Part shown: positions 1-7,208 of the stretch, in pieces | Numbering within the stretch: position 1 is the first letter of the stretch | Layout: every line of letters starts with the position of its first letter | Source: Candidatus Margulisiibacteriota bacterium | GTDB taxonomy: Bacteria > Margulisbacteria > WOR-1 > O2-12-FULL-45-9 | Direction: 5' to 3' | DNA: 12,313 bases | NCBI GenBank assembly: GCA_043816785.1 | Contig: JBDRHP010000092.1 | Coordinates: 1-12,313 of the forward strand | Program-made: the position numbers and the translations under genes | Notes under the pieces: model-generated | What the model was told of the DNA's origin: nothing | Seen by the model: the letters and a program-made list of their open reading frames with translations, nothing else | Database searches by the model: none

Positions 1-92
1 GGAACGTCCTTGAAGACGATCTGCGCGGAAGCTTGCGCAGCAACCGCGACAGTCATCGCAAGAACTAAAAACAATAAAAATAATTTGTTCAT
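1..92 (-). CDS. N-terminus of a secreted protein, probably with an S-layer homology (SLH) domain; runs off the window start
   Basis: Not in the ORF track. Manual translation from ATG at 92: MNKLFLLFLVLAMTVAVAAQASAQIVFKDVP. Sec signal peptide ending A-S-A, followed by FKDVP, the usual start of an SLH repeat. AAGGAG SD just upstream. Confidence 0.75.
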   Translation of the reverse strand, partial: MNKLFLLFLVLAMTVAVAAQASAQIVFKDV

Positions 93-315
93 ATATATTC
101 TCCTTAGTCTATTTTTTGCTGTCCCGATGTTCTATTCGAAATCGGGATCCCGACTTTACGTCGGGACTTTAGTTTCGTTATTTGCGCTATCTTGATCTCA
201 AAGTGTCCTTGTTTCCTTTAAGATATTTAAAAACGCTCAAACTACTGCTAAAATAGCTCTATCCAGGCAGTTGACTAAGTACGTATTTCACCTCCTTTTA
301 GATCTGCCTGAACTT
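93..315 (-). promoter_or_regulatory. Long (~220 nt) structured 5' leader of the SLH-like gene
   Basis: Lies between the promoter at 349-322 and ATG 92. Stems: CAGGCAG 264-270 / CTGCCTG 304-310, and 252-259 / 239-246, which pairs fully (with G-U) only on the minus strand. Confidence 0.6.
121..167. repeat. Nested REP-like palindrome cluster
   Basis: TCCCGAT 122-128 / ATCGGGA 141-147; TCCCGAC 148-154 / GTCGGGA 160-166; perfect central palindrome TCGGGATCCCGA 142-153; outer inverted repeat GTCCCGA 121-127 / TCGGGAC 161-167. Confidence 0.8.
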
Positions 316-321
316 GGTTTG

Positions 322-349
322 ATTTTAGCACTCTGTTGTTTTTTGTCAA
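322..349 (-). promoter_or_regulatory. Sigma70-type promoter for the SLH-like gene
   Basis: TTGACA (349-344), 16-nt spacer, TAAAAT (327-322) with an extended -10 TGn. Confidence 0.75.
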
Positions 350-360
350 GACAAATAATG

Positions 361-366
361 TATAAT
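361..366 (+). promoter_or_regulatory. -10 box of a probable leaderless promoter for the release-factor-like gene
   Basis: Perfect TATAAT 6 nt before ATG 373; no SD; no well-spaced -35. Confidence 0.55.
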
Positions 367-372
367 AGAAGC

Positions 373-765
373 ATGTTGCGAGAGTTCAGCGAACGGCTAA
401 AGCGCTTAGGGATCAAAGACAAAGACATTATCGAAAAATTTATCCGCTCAGGCGGTCCCGGCGGCCAAAAGGTCAATAAATCCTCAAGCTGTGTTTATGT
501 AAAACATCTCCCCAGCGGTATCGAAGTCAAAATGTCCCGCGAGCGCTCCCAAGCCCTTAATCGCTTCCTGGCCTGGCGGCTGTTAACAGAAAAGCTTGAA
601 ACCCAAGTCCTTAGAATCAAATCCGAGCAGCAGAAAAAGATAGAAAAAATCAGAAGACAAAAGCGCAAACGCTCCAAACGCGCCAAGGAAAAGGTGCTGC
701 AACAGAAAAAACTGCGGTCCGAGAAAAAGAAACAGCGAAAGGTCAGTAAAGCGGACTGGCACTAA
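373..765 (+). CDS. Short peptidyl-tRNA hydrolase / ribosome-rescue factor (RF-1 GGQ domain, ArfB/C12orf65-like), 130 aa
   Basis: FIRSGGPGGQKVNK motif, HLPSGI and ERSQALNR motifs, very basic K/R C-terminal tail, no codon-recognition domains. Start placed at ATG 373 rather than TTG 271. Confidence 0.9.
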   Translation: MLREFSERLKRLGIKDKDIIEKFIRSGGPGGQKVNKSSSCVYVKHLPSGIEVKMSRERSQALNRFLAWRLLTEKLETQVLRIKSEQQKKIEKIRRQKRKRSKRAKEKVLQQKKLRSEKKKQRKVSKADWH

Positions 766-771
766 ACCCTA

Positions 772-1245
772 TTATTTCGCGATACACTTACCCAGGATCT
801 CAGGATCCATCATCCAGCTGAGCGACCAGCCAGATTCCCACTTTTCCAGACAAACCGCGGCAGCAGACCGAAAGTTTACAATCTGGCCATTTTCAGCTCC
901 GAGCAGTAAGTGCGAAACCAGGAGCGCCAAAAAGGGCAAATGCCCGACTATGATAATGTCTTCATGAAGCTGATTGATCTCATCAGCTAGGTTGGCAACT
1001 GGATCCTCTGGCGCCAGCCCTGCCCGCTCAACAAGATTGGCATGCGGCACAGCTTCGGCAATAATAACGGCTGTTCGTCTGGCCCGTTCCTTGGTGCTGT
1101 GCCAGATCTCATCAACTTTTATCCCGGCGCAGTTAAAGAACGCGGCCATCTCTGAGACTTCGATCATGCCATTTTCGTTTAAATGCCTCTCAGAATCAAC
1201 ATTTTTGGGGGCTGCTTCACCGTGGCGGACTATATAAAGCTTCAT
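772..1245 (-). CDS. sixA: Phosphohistidine phosphatase SixA (histidine phosphatase superfamily), 157 aa
   Basis: MKLYIVRHGEA (RHG), RHL..G, HSTKERARRTA and IVGHLP motifs. Start placed at ATG 1245 (AAGGG SD); the longer ORF overlaps the upstream gene. Confidence 0.9.
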   Translation of the reverse strand: MKLYIVRHGEAAPKNVDSERHLNENGMIEVSEMAAFFNCAGIKVDEIWHSTKERARRTAVIIAEAVPHANLVERAGLAPEDPVANLADEINQLHEDIIIVGHLPFLALLVSHLLLGAENGQIVNFRSAAAVCLEKWESGWSLSWMMDPEILGKCIAK

Positions 1246-1264
1246 ATATCCCTTATCCCTCGGA

Positions 1265-1549
1265 TTAATTCTTTGAAAACTCAATTCCCATCTTAGGTGG
1301 TTCCGGAGCCTCTTTAATGGCGCCAAACTTCTTCTCAAACATCTCAATATTATTCTGCAAGGCTTTAAGTAACCGCTTGGCATGGGAGGGAGACGTGATC
1401 ACCCGGGCATTGACCTTGCCTTTGGGCGGCTGGGCAAAGATAAAATCGAGCGTGAACTCGTTCTCGCTATGGGAAATAACCGCCACATTACTGTAAACTC
1501 CGCCGGCAGTCTGATTATCGATCTCAATGGGAATTTTTTGTTCTTCCAT
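1265..1549 (-). CDS. DUF3467 family protein, 94 aa
   Basis: GVYSN...HSENEFTLDF...ARVITSPSHAKRLLKALQNNIEMFEKKFG.I matches the family pattern; GAGGTG SD. Confidence 0.85.
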   Translation of the reverse strand: MEEQKIPIEIDNQTAGGVYSNVAVISHSENEFTLDFIFAQPPKGKVNARVITSPSHAKRLLKALQNNIEMFEKKFGAIKEAPEPPKMGIEFSKN

Positions 1550-1567
1550 TTATATCACCTCAAGTTA

Positions 1568-1576
1568 ATTATAACA
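1568..1576 (-). promoter_or_regulatory. Extended -10 promoter for DUF3467-sixA
   Basis: TGtTATAAT just upstream of the SD. Confidence 0.6.
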
Positions 1577-1653
1577 CTAATTTTACAAAAAAATAGCTTC
1601 CGGCCCTTACCCCCTGCCTTGAAATTTCCTTGCTGACTTAGCGAAAATAAGAT

Positions 1654-2289
1654 ATGAGAATACTTGGCACAACAGGCAGGATGAACCAGCTGCTGCGGAT
1701 CGAAAAAGCTGTCCAGCGAGCCGAACGCAAAGTCGCTCCCAAAGGATTAGCCAGAAACTTTTCTAAAGGCGACTGGCTGTGTTTTAGCACCGCAGCGCGG
1801 CGCAAAGCAGAATACGCCGCCACTCCAGCCAAGCTGTTCTTAAAGACCATCGAAGACCTCGACCTGCAACCGGAAAATCACTTTGGTGATCTGGGCTCAG
1901 GGCTTGGGTTGACCTGTTTTGCCGCGGCCATGCATTTTGCCAGAGTCACCGGCTTTGAGCTTGACCAGCGGCTATTAACTGAGGCTGAGACGATCAGACA
2001 AGCATTTGAAATTGAAAATGTTGCCTTCAGGCATGAAGATTTTCTTTATACAGACCTCGCCCCGTTCCAGGTTCTCTTTCTCTTTCAACCCTTTAGCCAG
2101 GATTTTCCTGATCTAATGAGAGATAAACTAGCAGGAACTACTCCTGGGACAGTGATTATTTCGCACATATTCAGATTTACCGAACCGATCATTTTTGGGC
2201 CGGACGATTTTCGGGTGATCAATCCTGGTTGGGAGCCCCACAGCACAGATCCCTATTTGATAGATTTTTACGCCCACGAAAGAAAATAA
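1654..2289 (+). CDS. Class I SAM-dependent methyltransferase, substrate unknown
   Basis: Motif I GDLGSGLG, motif II VTGFELD, FRHEDF, VLFLF, PGTVIISH. The start (1654 vs 1681) is uncertain. Confidence 0.85.
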   Translation: MRILGTTGRMNQLLRIEKAVQRAERKVAPKGLARNFSKGDWLCFSTAARRKAEYAATPAKLFLKTIEDLDLQPENHFGDLGSGLGLTCFAAAMHFARVTGFELDQRLLTEAETIRQAFEIENVAFRHEDFLYTDLAPFQVLFLFQPFSQDFPDLMRDKLAGTTPGTVIISHIFRFTEPIIFGPDDFRVINPGWEPHSTDPYLIDFYAHERK

Positions 2290-2305
2290 AACAGCTTCGG
2301 CTAAA

Positions 2306-2476
2306 TTATTCTCCAGCCGGCTTGTCGTTTTCCGCCACAAACCTTTTGATCTCTTCGATGTTTTCCACTATCTTTTTAGCTTTTGACAATCCAAAAGAAA
2401 AAGGATATTTGTCATCATCATTATTCTTGATCACCAACATGGGCCGGCCTTTGAACTCTGATCTTTCTACTATCAT
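2306..2476 (-). CDS. Small hypothetical protein, 56 aa (MIVERSEFKGRPMLVIKNNDDDKYPFSFGLSKAKKIVENIEEIKRFVAEN...)
   Basis: GAAAGGAAG SD before ATG 2476, own extended -10 promoter, protein-like beta-beta-beta-alpha pattern. Confidence 0.8.
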   Translation of the reverse strand: MIVERSEFKGRPMLVIKNNDDDKYPFSFGLSKAKKIVENIEEIKRFVAENDKPAGE

Positions 2477-2506
2477 TTTGCACTTCCTTTCAAAAAATGT
2501 TCGTCC

Positions 2507-2515
2507 ATTATAACA
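2507..2515 (-). promoter_or_regulatory. Extended -10 promoter for the 56-aa gene
   Basis: TGtTATAAT about 30 nt upstream of the ATG. Confidence 0.6.
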
Positions 2516-2540
2516 CACTTTGCATCTTCGTGATCTCTAT

Positions 2541-2706
2541 TTAGGGTTGTTAAGGCCTTTCTGGCTTTTAGGGAAAGAAAGGCTTTTAAGATAGACAAGG
2601 CTTATAGGAAAAAGAAGGGATAGGGGAAATAGCCCTTTCCTTTTTCCTCCTACGATCCTAAAAGCCCTTATTCCCTTAAAGGCCTTAAAAGCCATAACTC
2701 CCCTAA
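2541..2706. repeat. Long imperfect inverted repeat built from degenerate 9-mers
   Basis: 2541-2594 matches the reverse complement of 2653-2706 at 41 of 54 positions without gaps (hand count). Inner stem AGGAAAAAG 2606-2614 / CTTTTTCCT 2640-2648. Unit resembles TAAGGCTTT. Confidence 0.85.
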
Positions 2707-2714
2707 CCCCAGAT

Positions 2715-2743
2715 TTGATTGTTTGCCTTTCTACTGATAAAAT
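2715..2743 (+). promoter_or_regulatory. Sigma70-type promoter, probably leaderless, for the cyclophilin gene
   Basis: TTGATT, 17-nt spacer, TAAAAT with TGn; ATG follows 6 nt later with no SD. Confidence 0.7.
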
Positions 2744-2749
2744 ATAGAT

Positions 2750-3358
2750 ATGTTAAAGAAACTATTATCCGCGTCCATATTAAGTTTGATGGCAACAAGT
2801 TTAGTCTTGGCCATGGGAGGAAAACCACCAATGCCGGAAAAATTATATGCCGTACTGGAAACCAGTAAAGGAGAAATCGTTTGCCTGCTTCTGCCAAAGT
2901 CCGCTCCAGAAACAGTGGCCAATTTTGTCCTGTTAGGCAAGGGAGAAAAAGACTGGACTGATCCGAATACCGGAGAAAAGACAAATAAGCCCCTTTATAA
3001 CGGCACAATTTTTCATCGAGTAATCCCAGACTTTATGATCCAGGGCGGAGACCCGCGAGGCAACGGCACAGGCGGGCCAGGCTATAAATTTAAGGATGAG
3101 ATCGATCCGGTCTTAACTTTTGCTAATCCAGGTACCCTGGCCATGGCCAATTCCGGCCCTAATACCAATGGGTCGCAATTCTTTATCACCGTAGCCCCTA
3201 CCCCCTGGCTCAACGGCAAACACACGATCTTTGGCCGGGTGGTTAAAGGACAAGAGATTGTAGAAAGCATTAGCCTGGTAAAAAGGGATCAGCGGGATAC
3301 TCCAGTTGAGCCAGTAGTTTTAGAAAATGTTACTATCAAGGAAAGCCTGGACGATTAA
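2750..3358 (+). CDS. Cyclophilin-type peptidyl-prolyl cis-trans isomerase with signal peptide
   Basis: [41 protein letters not shown] and [12 protein letters not shown] motifs; hydrophobic N-terminus ending VLA. Confidence 0.97.
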   Translation: MLKKLLSASILSLMATSLVLAMGGKPPMPEKLYAVLETSKGEIVCLLLPKSAPETVANFVLLGKGEKDWTDPNTGEKTNKPLYNGTIFHRVIPDFMIQGGDPRGNGTGGPGYKFKDEIDPVLTFANPGTLAMANSGPNTNGSQFFITVAPTPWLNGKHTIFGRVVKGQEIVESISLVKRDQRDTPVEPVVLENVTIKESLDD

Positions 3359-4843
3359 CTAATCTTTAACCGCTTGCCTTAAAGCCTCGACCACGTCGAT
3401 CATGCCCCGGGTATCCTGATCGCAATATTTTTCCAGGGCAGAACGAACTGCCTCACGGTCTGCATTAGCAACATCCTGGCCATAGGTCACCCGATAAAAT
3501 TCCGCGGAAGCCACGCCCCCATCAGCGATCTCTAAGCCTTCATAACTCTGACCGGTCAAGGCCGGCAATACGTTTTTAAGCGAAGCCCGGCCAGCCTGAT
3601 CTGGATGATAATAATAGAATTTTTGAAAAGGCTCCAGCAGGTCGACAAAACGATCATTGGTTTCCTTGACCCAAGCCTGATATTTGGGATAAGCATCTGC
3701 GCTGCCTTTAAGACAACGTTTTTCAAAACCAGCGCTATAGGCAATGATCGAACCCTTATTGCCCAGCAGTTTTTGTAATTGTTCAAGGACCGCTGGCCGA
3801 GGATCGTCCTGGTCTGGCGCCAGGAAAGAAAAATGTTTTGGCTTGGCCCCTACTTTGTCTACCCGGGACAAAGAAAACTGAAAAGGAACAAATTGATAAG
3901 GCCTGACCCCCTCAAATAGCGGAAGAGCCGGCGCTATTGTTTCAAAATCAAGATAATAAAGCGGATAGGTAAATTGGCCTAAAAACTCAAGCAGGGCTTC
4001 GCGGTCAACATACGGCTGACCACTGCGATGGGCTGTGACCTGAATAACTTGTTTGTACTTAAGGCTGTAATCATCAGGCACCTCAGTTACCTTGCTGATT
4101 CCCCGGTTCAAGAGATCAAAACCTTTCTGGCCGGCTGAATTAAGGGTAAAGATATTATCTTTGGCCGGCAAAAAATCCCAGCACAGACCGATCAGCGGGC
4201 AATCATGCGGCGAGCTGCATTGCGGACCAATATTGATCGCTGGGAAATCCGCGGCAGCCGCAACTTTGAGCATAGCCGCGGCCTCATTTTCGATCATCTG
4301 CGCCAAAACCGTGCTTTCTGTGGTGATATCTTGTTTAACAAAGAACTTTTCCGGGTCAATTGAGCCGCGACGGACATACTCTTTATTAATGTGCAGCAAA
4401 TAACAGCGGCGAATCTTTAAGCCCGCGCCCTGGTAGACATAGCGCTGGAAAGCCGCGTCATGATAGTGAGCTTCTTTAACACTGGTTGAGCTCTTGACCT
4501 CAATTAAATCCCATTCGTCTTCCCCCACCGGCACCAGAATATCAGCCAAAGCATAAGTCTGGCCAAAAACAAAGCCAGCTTCAAAGAGCGGCAGGCGCTG
4601 CTTCGCTGCCTCAAGTGATTGCTGCGCTTGTTTTTCCGGCTGCCAGTCTCTTGGAATATGAAGACCGTTAGGAAAAAGCTGCTGAGCCAGGGCCCCTACC
4701 CGATGGCCTTCGGCAAAAGCAAACTGGACCGCGGCTCCCGGCTTAGGAATATCTGCTTTCTGGTTATACTCGTACCAGAGCAGTTTGGGACACTGCAGGC
4801 CGTTTAAATATTTACTTTTTGATAAATACGGCTTGGATTTCAC
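3359..4843 (-). CDS. DUF2779-family protein: N-terminal PD-(D/E)xK nuclease-like domain plus C-terminal RNase H-fold DEDD-like domain
   Basis: LSKSKY...QCPKLLW, ADILV...LIEVKSS, Q..VY, Cys cluster CSSPHDCPLIGLC; LDFET, PFQFS, SLKNVLPAL, YCDQDT. GTG start with AGGAG upstream. Confidence 0.85.
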   Translation of the reverse strand: MKSKPYLSKSKYLNGLQCPKLLWYEYNQKADIPKPGAAVQFAFAEGHRVGALAQQLFPNGLHIPRDWQPEKQAQQSLEAAKQRLPLFEAGFVFGQTYALADILVPVGEDEWDLIEVKSSTSVKEAHYHDAAFQRYVYQGAGLKIRRCYLLHINKEYVRRGSIDPEKFFVKQDITTESTVLAQMIENEAAAMLKVAAAADFPAINIGPQCSSPHDCPLIGLCWDFLPAKDNIFTLNSAGQKGFDLLNRGISKVTEVPDDYSLKYKQVIQVTAHRSGQPYVDREALLEFLGQFTYPLYYLDFETIAPALPLFEGVRPYQFVPFQFSLSRVDKVGAKPKHFSFLAPDQDDPRPAVLEQLQKLLGNKGSIIAYSAGFEKRCLKGSADAYPKYQAWVKETNDRFVDLLEPFQKFYYYHPDQAGRASLKNVLPALTGQSYEGLEIADGGVASAEFYRVTYGQDVANADREAVRSALEKYCDQDTRGMIDVVEALRQAVKD

Positions 4844-4851
4844 AGCTATAA

Positions 4852-5475
4852 CTATCTCCTAAACATTGGTAATAAAAGTATTACCGGTATCAGGATATAA
4901 ATATGGGTTGTCAGCGGCGCGTCAATCAGCGACAGGACAATCGCTACCAGCGCCACCGCCGGAGTAACCAGGCCGCGCCGCAATCCCAGGGCAACCAGCC
5001 GCGGTGTTAAGCTGCGATCAGTCAAATGCTTAAACCAGGTTACGTACAGCCAATTAAGCTGAAAAAGCAGGCCCACAATGAACAAATTGGCGCTAAAGAA
5101 CAGTTCCGCTATCCAATCACCAGGAAAATCACCGATCAGTGAGGTAGAAAACGGCATCAAGGCCACAAACATCAACACCAGGATATTTATCCAAAGGTGG
5201 GTCCGATTTGTGCGTTTTATATAATGAAATTGCTGGTGGTGGATAATCCAAAAAACCGCCAGCAGCACAAAACTTAAGGCATAATTAAAAAACTTGGCTG
5301 CCTGGCTTAATAACAATTGCTGTAATTGTGTGCCGGACAACTGCTGGCCAAGTGGCGGCAGCTCCAGGCTTAAAACCAGCAGCGTCATAGCTATGGCAAA
5401 AACGCCGTCAGTTAACGATTCAATGCGACGGGTCGTCAGGCCTAATTCCTGTTCCTCTGACTTGTCAGTTGTCAT
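4852..5475 (-). CDS. TMEM175-family (DUF1211) potassium channel, 207 aa
   Basis: RIESLTDGVFAIAMTLLVL (variant of RxxxFSD), FWIIHH, LMPFST, about 6 hydrophobic helices. Start placed at ATG 5475 (AAGGAG SD). Confidence 0.9.
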   Translation of the reverse strand: MTTDKSEEQELGLTTRRIESLTDGVFAIAMTLLVLSLELPPLGQQLSGTQLQQLLLSQAAKFFNYALSFVLLAVFWIIHHQQFHYIKRTNRTHLWINILVLMFVALMPFSTSLIGDFPGDWIAELFFSANLFIVGLLFQLNWLYVTWFKHLTDRSLTPRLVALGLRRGLVTPAVALVAIVLSLIDAPLTTHIYILIPVILLLPMFRR

Positions 5476-7174
5476 TTTTCGTCTCCTTATAAGTTGTCGG
5501 ACCGTCAGCATAGCCTACCTGATCAAGCCACCAATTTGGATAACCAACATCTTCTGCCATTTTTGGTTTATTTACATAACCATCATCATATTTGGCGATC
5601 AAGTAATCTCCTAAAGCCCACCATTCCTTCACAACTTTATTTGCATTATCAGTTAAATACTTGGTTAAATATTGCTTAGCTGCTTTAGGATCATTTTTAT
5701 ATAATGCCAAAGCCTGTTGGTCAACCTTTGGAAGATTAGTAAATTCAACAGCTTCTAGCTGTTGCTGTTTGGCCACGATATCCTTAATCATATAAGAATA
5801 TTTTAGGTTGGCCCAATTTGACACAAAATTAAAGGCCCACCAGGCAGTTTGGCGATCGAATTTATCCGTATCCCCAGTTTGGTACACAGATGGCAAATCA
5901 GTTGCGCCGGCATAAAAAGGCACAAAACAGCTGGTCGCTGCTTTATCCGGCGCAAACCAGCAAATCCCTCCAATTGGATCTGGTAACCAACCGCGAGCTT
6001 GATTGACAAAGGTATAACCAGCGTAGTGCACGGAAATCGGGCGTTCCCAAGCCCCCTCCATTTTCCTGCCGGGTGAAGCAACATCTGGAGACTTACCATC
6101 ATAAGGCCCAAAGTAGCGCTCCGGAGAGCCAAAAGGCCCTGCAGCCATACCCTTGGTCATATCAAACTCAGTACCTTCATAATGGTCACGATAAAGATCC
6201 ATCACATCCCTGGCTGATAATTTTTTATCCGGCTTAATAGAAAACGGATACGCATTGGTAAGCCCATTTTCAACCCAAGGACTAAAGTTAGCTGAAGGTT
6301 TAATCCGGCTAAAAATTCGCCAAACCCGACGCAGCGAATAATAAGGATGGTTATATTCACCTAAACTAACAGTCTTAAGCCAATCGAGTTTACCCTCTGC
6401 AGGCCTCCACCACCCTAAACCCTCACAAACCTTGAACAAATCCTTTGTATACATTAAATTAGGATCATTAGGATCGATCTCGCGGATCCTGAACTCGTTT
6501 GCGGCCGCAAAAACCTGATCATCTGGCACGCGCTTAGCTACCCATAGGCCTGCCTTCCGGTTGGGTACGGCACACATTTCCAAAACCCAAGCCTCCATGG
6601 TGTCGCCTACTAATAAAGTTTCGCCAGTGCCGTAATAGCCATAGTCTTCCATCAATTGCCCCATCAGCTTAATAGCTTGGCGGGCTGTGGCGCAGCGTTC
6701 CAGAGCCACTCGGGACAGTTCTGCGCTGTAGAAGATTCTTTTGCCTGGTTCCTGCTTAGGCTGGAACTTGGCACCATTGGTGCATTCGCCAAAAGCCAGC
6801 TGGTGCTCATTGATAATTCCATAATTGCCATCAAAATATGCATAGGTGTGCGAAATCTGAGGTATATAGCCAAGAGGTTTACTGGCCGGCCGGCTGGGAT
6901 CTACATAACCCGGTCCGCGGCTTGAGCCAACGTAGCGGACATTTTTTCCGCCAAAGGCATCTGGATCATAATAGACCGGCCGCTTTGAGCCCGGCGCATG
7001 GTCCATGGCTGGCACATAAACAATCCGCTGATCCATTAATTCATCATCATCTGAATGGGCAACAATTATTGAACCATCAACGGTCGCACCCTTGCCCACT
7101 ATCATCGTGGTACAAGCTGAAACAGAATTTATGGAAAACATAGCAAGCAGAACCAAAACCATTAACCTCTTCAT
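5465..7174 (-). CDS. Secreted peptidase family C69 (dipeptidase A-like, Ntn hydrolase)
   Basis: Signal peptide followed directly by the CTT nucleophile (SA|CTTMIVGKGATVDGS); INEHQLAFGECT, ALERCATARQAI, RRVWR, RDHYEGT and ERPIS motifs. Confidence 0.93.
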   Translation of the reverse strand: MKRLMVLVLLAMFSINSVSACTTMIVGKGATVDGSIIVAHSDDDELMDQRIVYVPAMDHAPGSKRPVYYDPDAFGGKNVRYVGSSRGPGYVDPSRPASKPLGYIPQISHTYAYFDGNYGIINEHQLAFGECTNGAKFQPKQEPGKRIFYSAELSRVALERCATARQAIKLMGQLMEDYGYYGTGETLLVGDTMEAWVLEMCAVPNRKAGLWVAKRVPDDQVFAAANEFRIREIDPNDPNLMYTKDLFKVCEGLGWWRPAEGKLDWLKTVSLGEYNHPYYSLRRVWRIFSRIKPSANFSPWVENGLTNAYPFSIKPDKKLSARDVMDLYRDHYEGTEFDMTKGMAAGPFGSPERYFGPYDGKSPDVASPGRKMEGAWERPISVHYAGYTFVNQARGWLPDPIGGICWFAPDKAATSCFVPFYAGATDLPSVYQTGDTDKFDRQTAWWAFNFVSNWANLKYSYMIKDIVAKQQQLEAVEFTNLPKVDQQALALYKNDPKAAKQYLTKYLTDNANKVVKEWWALGDYLIAKYDDGYVNKPKMAEDVGYPNWWLDQVGYADGPTTYKETKNDN

Positions 7175-7208
7175 ACCATTTTCTCCCTTCTAATAATTTA
7201 CAAAGCGA

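Noticed and set aside
10..195. 61-aa plus-strand ORF
   Set aside because: Antisense shadow of the SLH signal peptide and leader; TTG start.
288..298. 16S rRNA 3' end (TCACCTCCTTT)
   Set aside because: No rRNA sequence upstream; it is the complement of the minus-strand SD motif.
325..351. CIRCE (HrcA operator)
   Set aside because: TTAGCACTC at 325-333 is a perfect half-site, but the second half after 9 nt (TTGTCAAGA) does not match GAGTGCTAA; the match overlaps the extended -10.
271..372. N-terminal extension of the release-factor-like ORF
   Set aside because: Spans the divergent promoters; ATG 373 fits the domain start and the -10 spacing.
1246..1383. 46-aa extension of SixA
   Set aside because: Overlaps the DUF3467 gene; the RHG motif normally lies near the N-terminus and an SD precedes ATG 1245.
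2541..2706. CRISPR array or intrinsic terminator
   Set aside because: No identical repeats with unique spacers, and it lies upstream of both flanking genes.
3359..4843. cas4 of a CRISPR locus
   Set aside because: No cas1, cas2 or array in the window; length and C-terminal domain fit DUF2779.
7171..7179. ATG-GTA-TGA minigene overlapping the peptidase start
   Set aside because: The SD is only 3 nt from this ATG but 8 nt from the real start.
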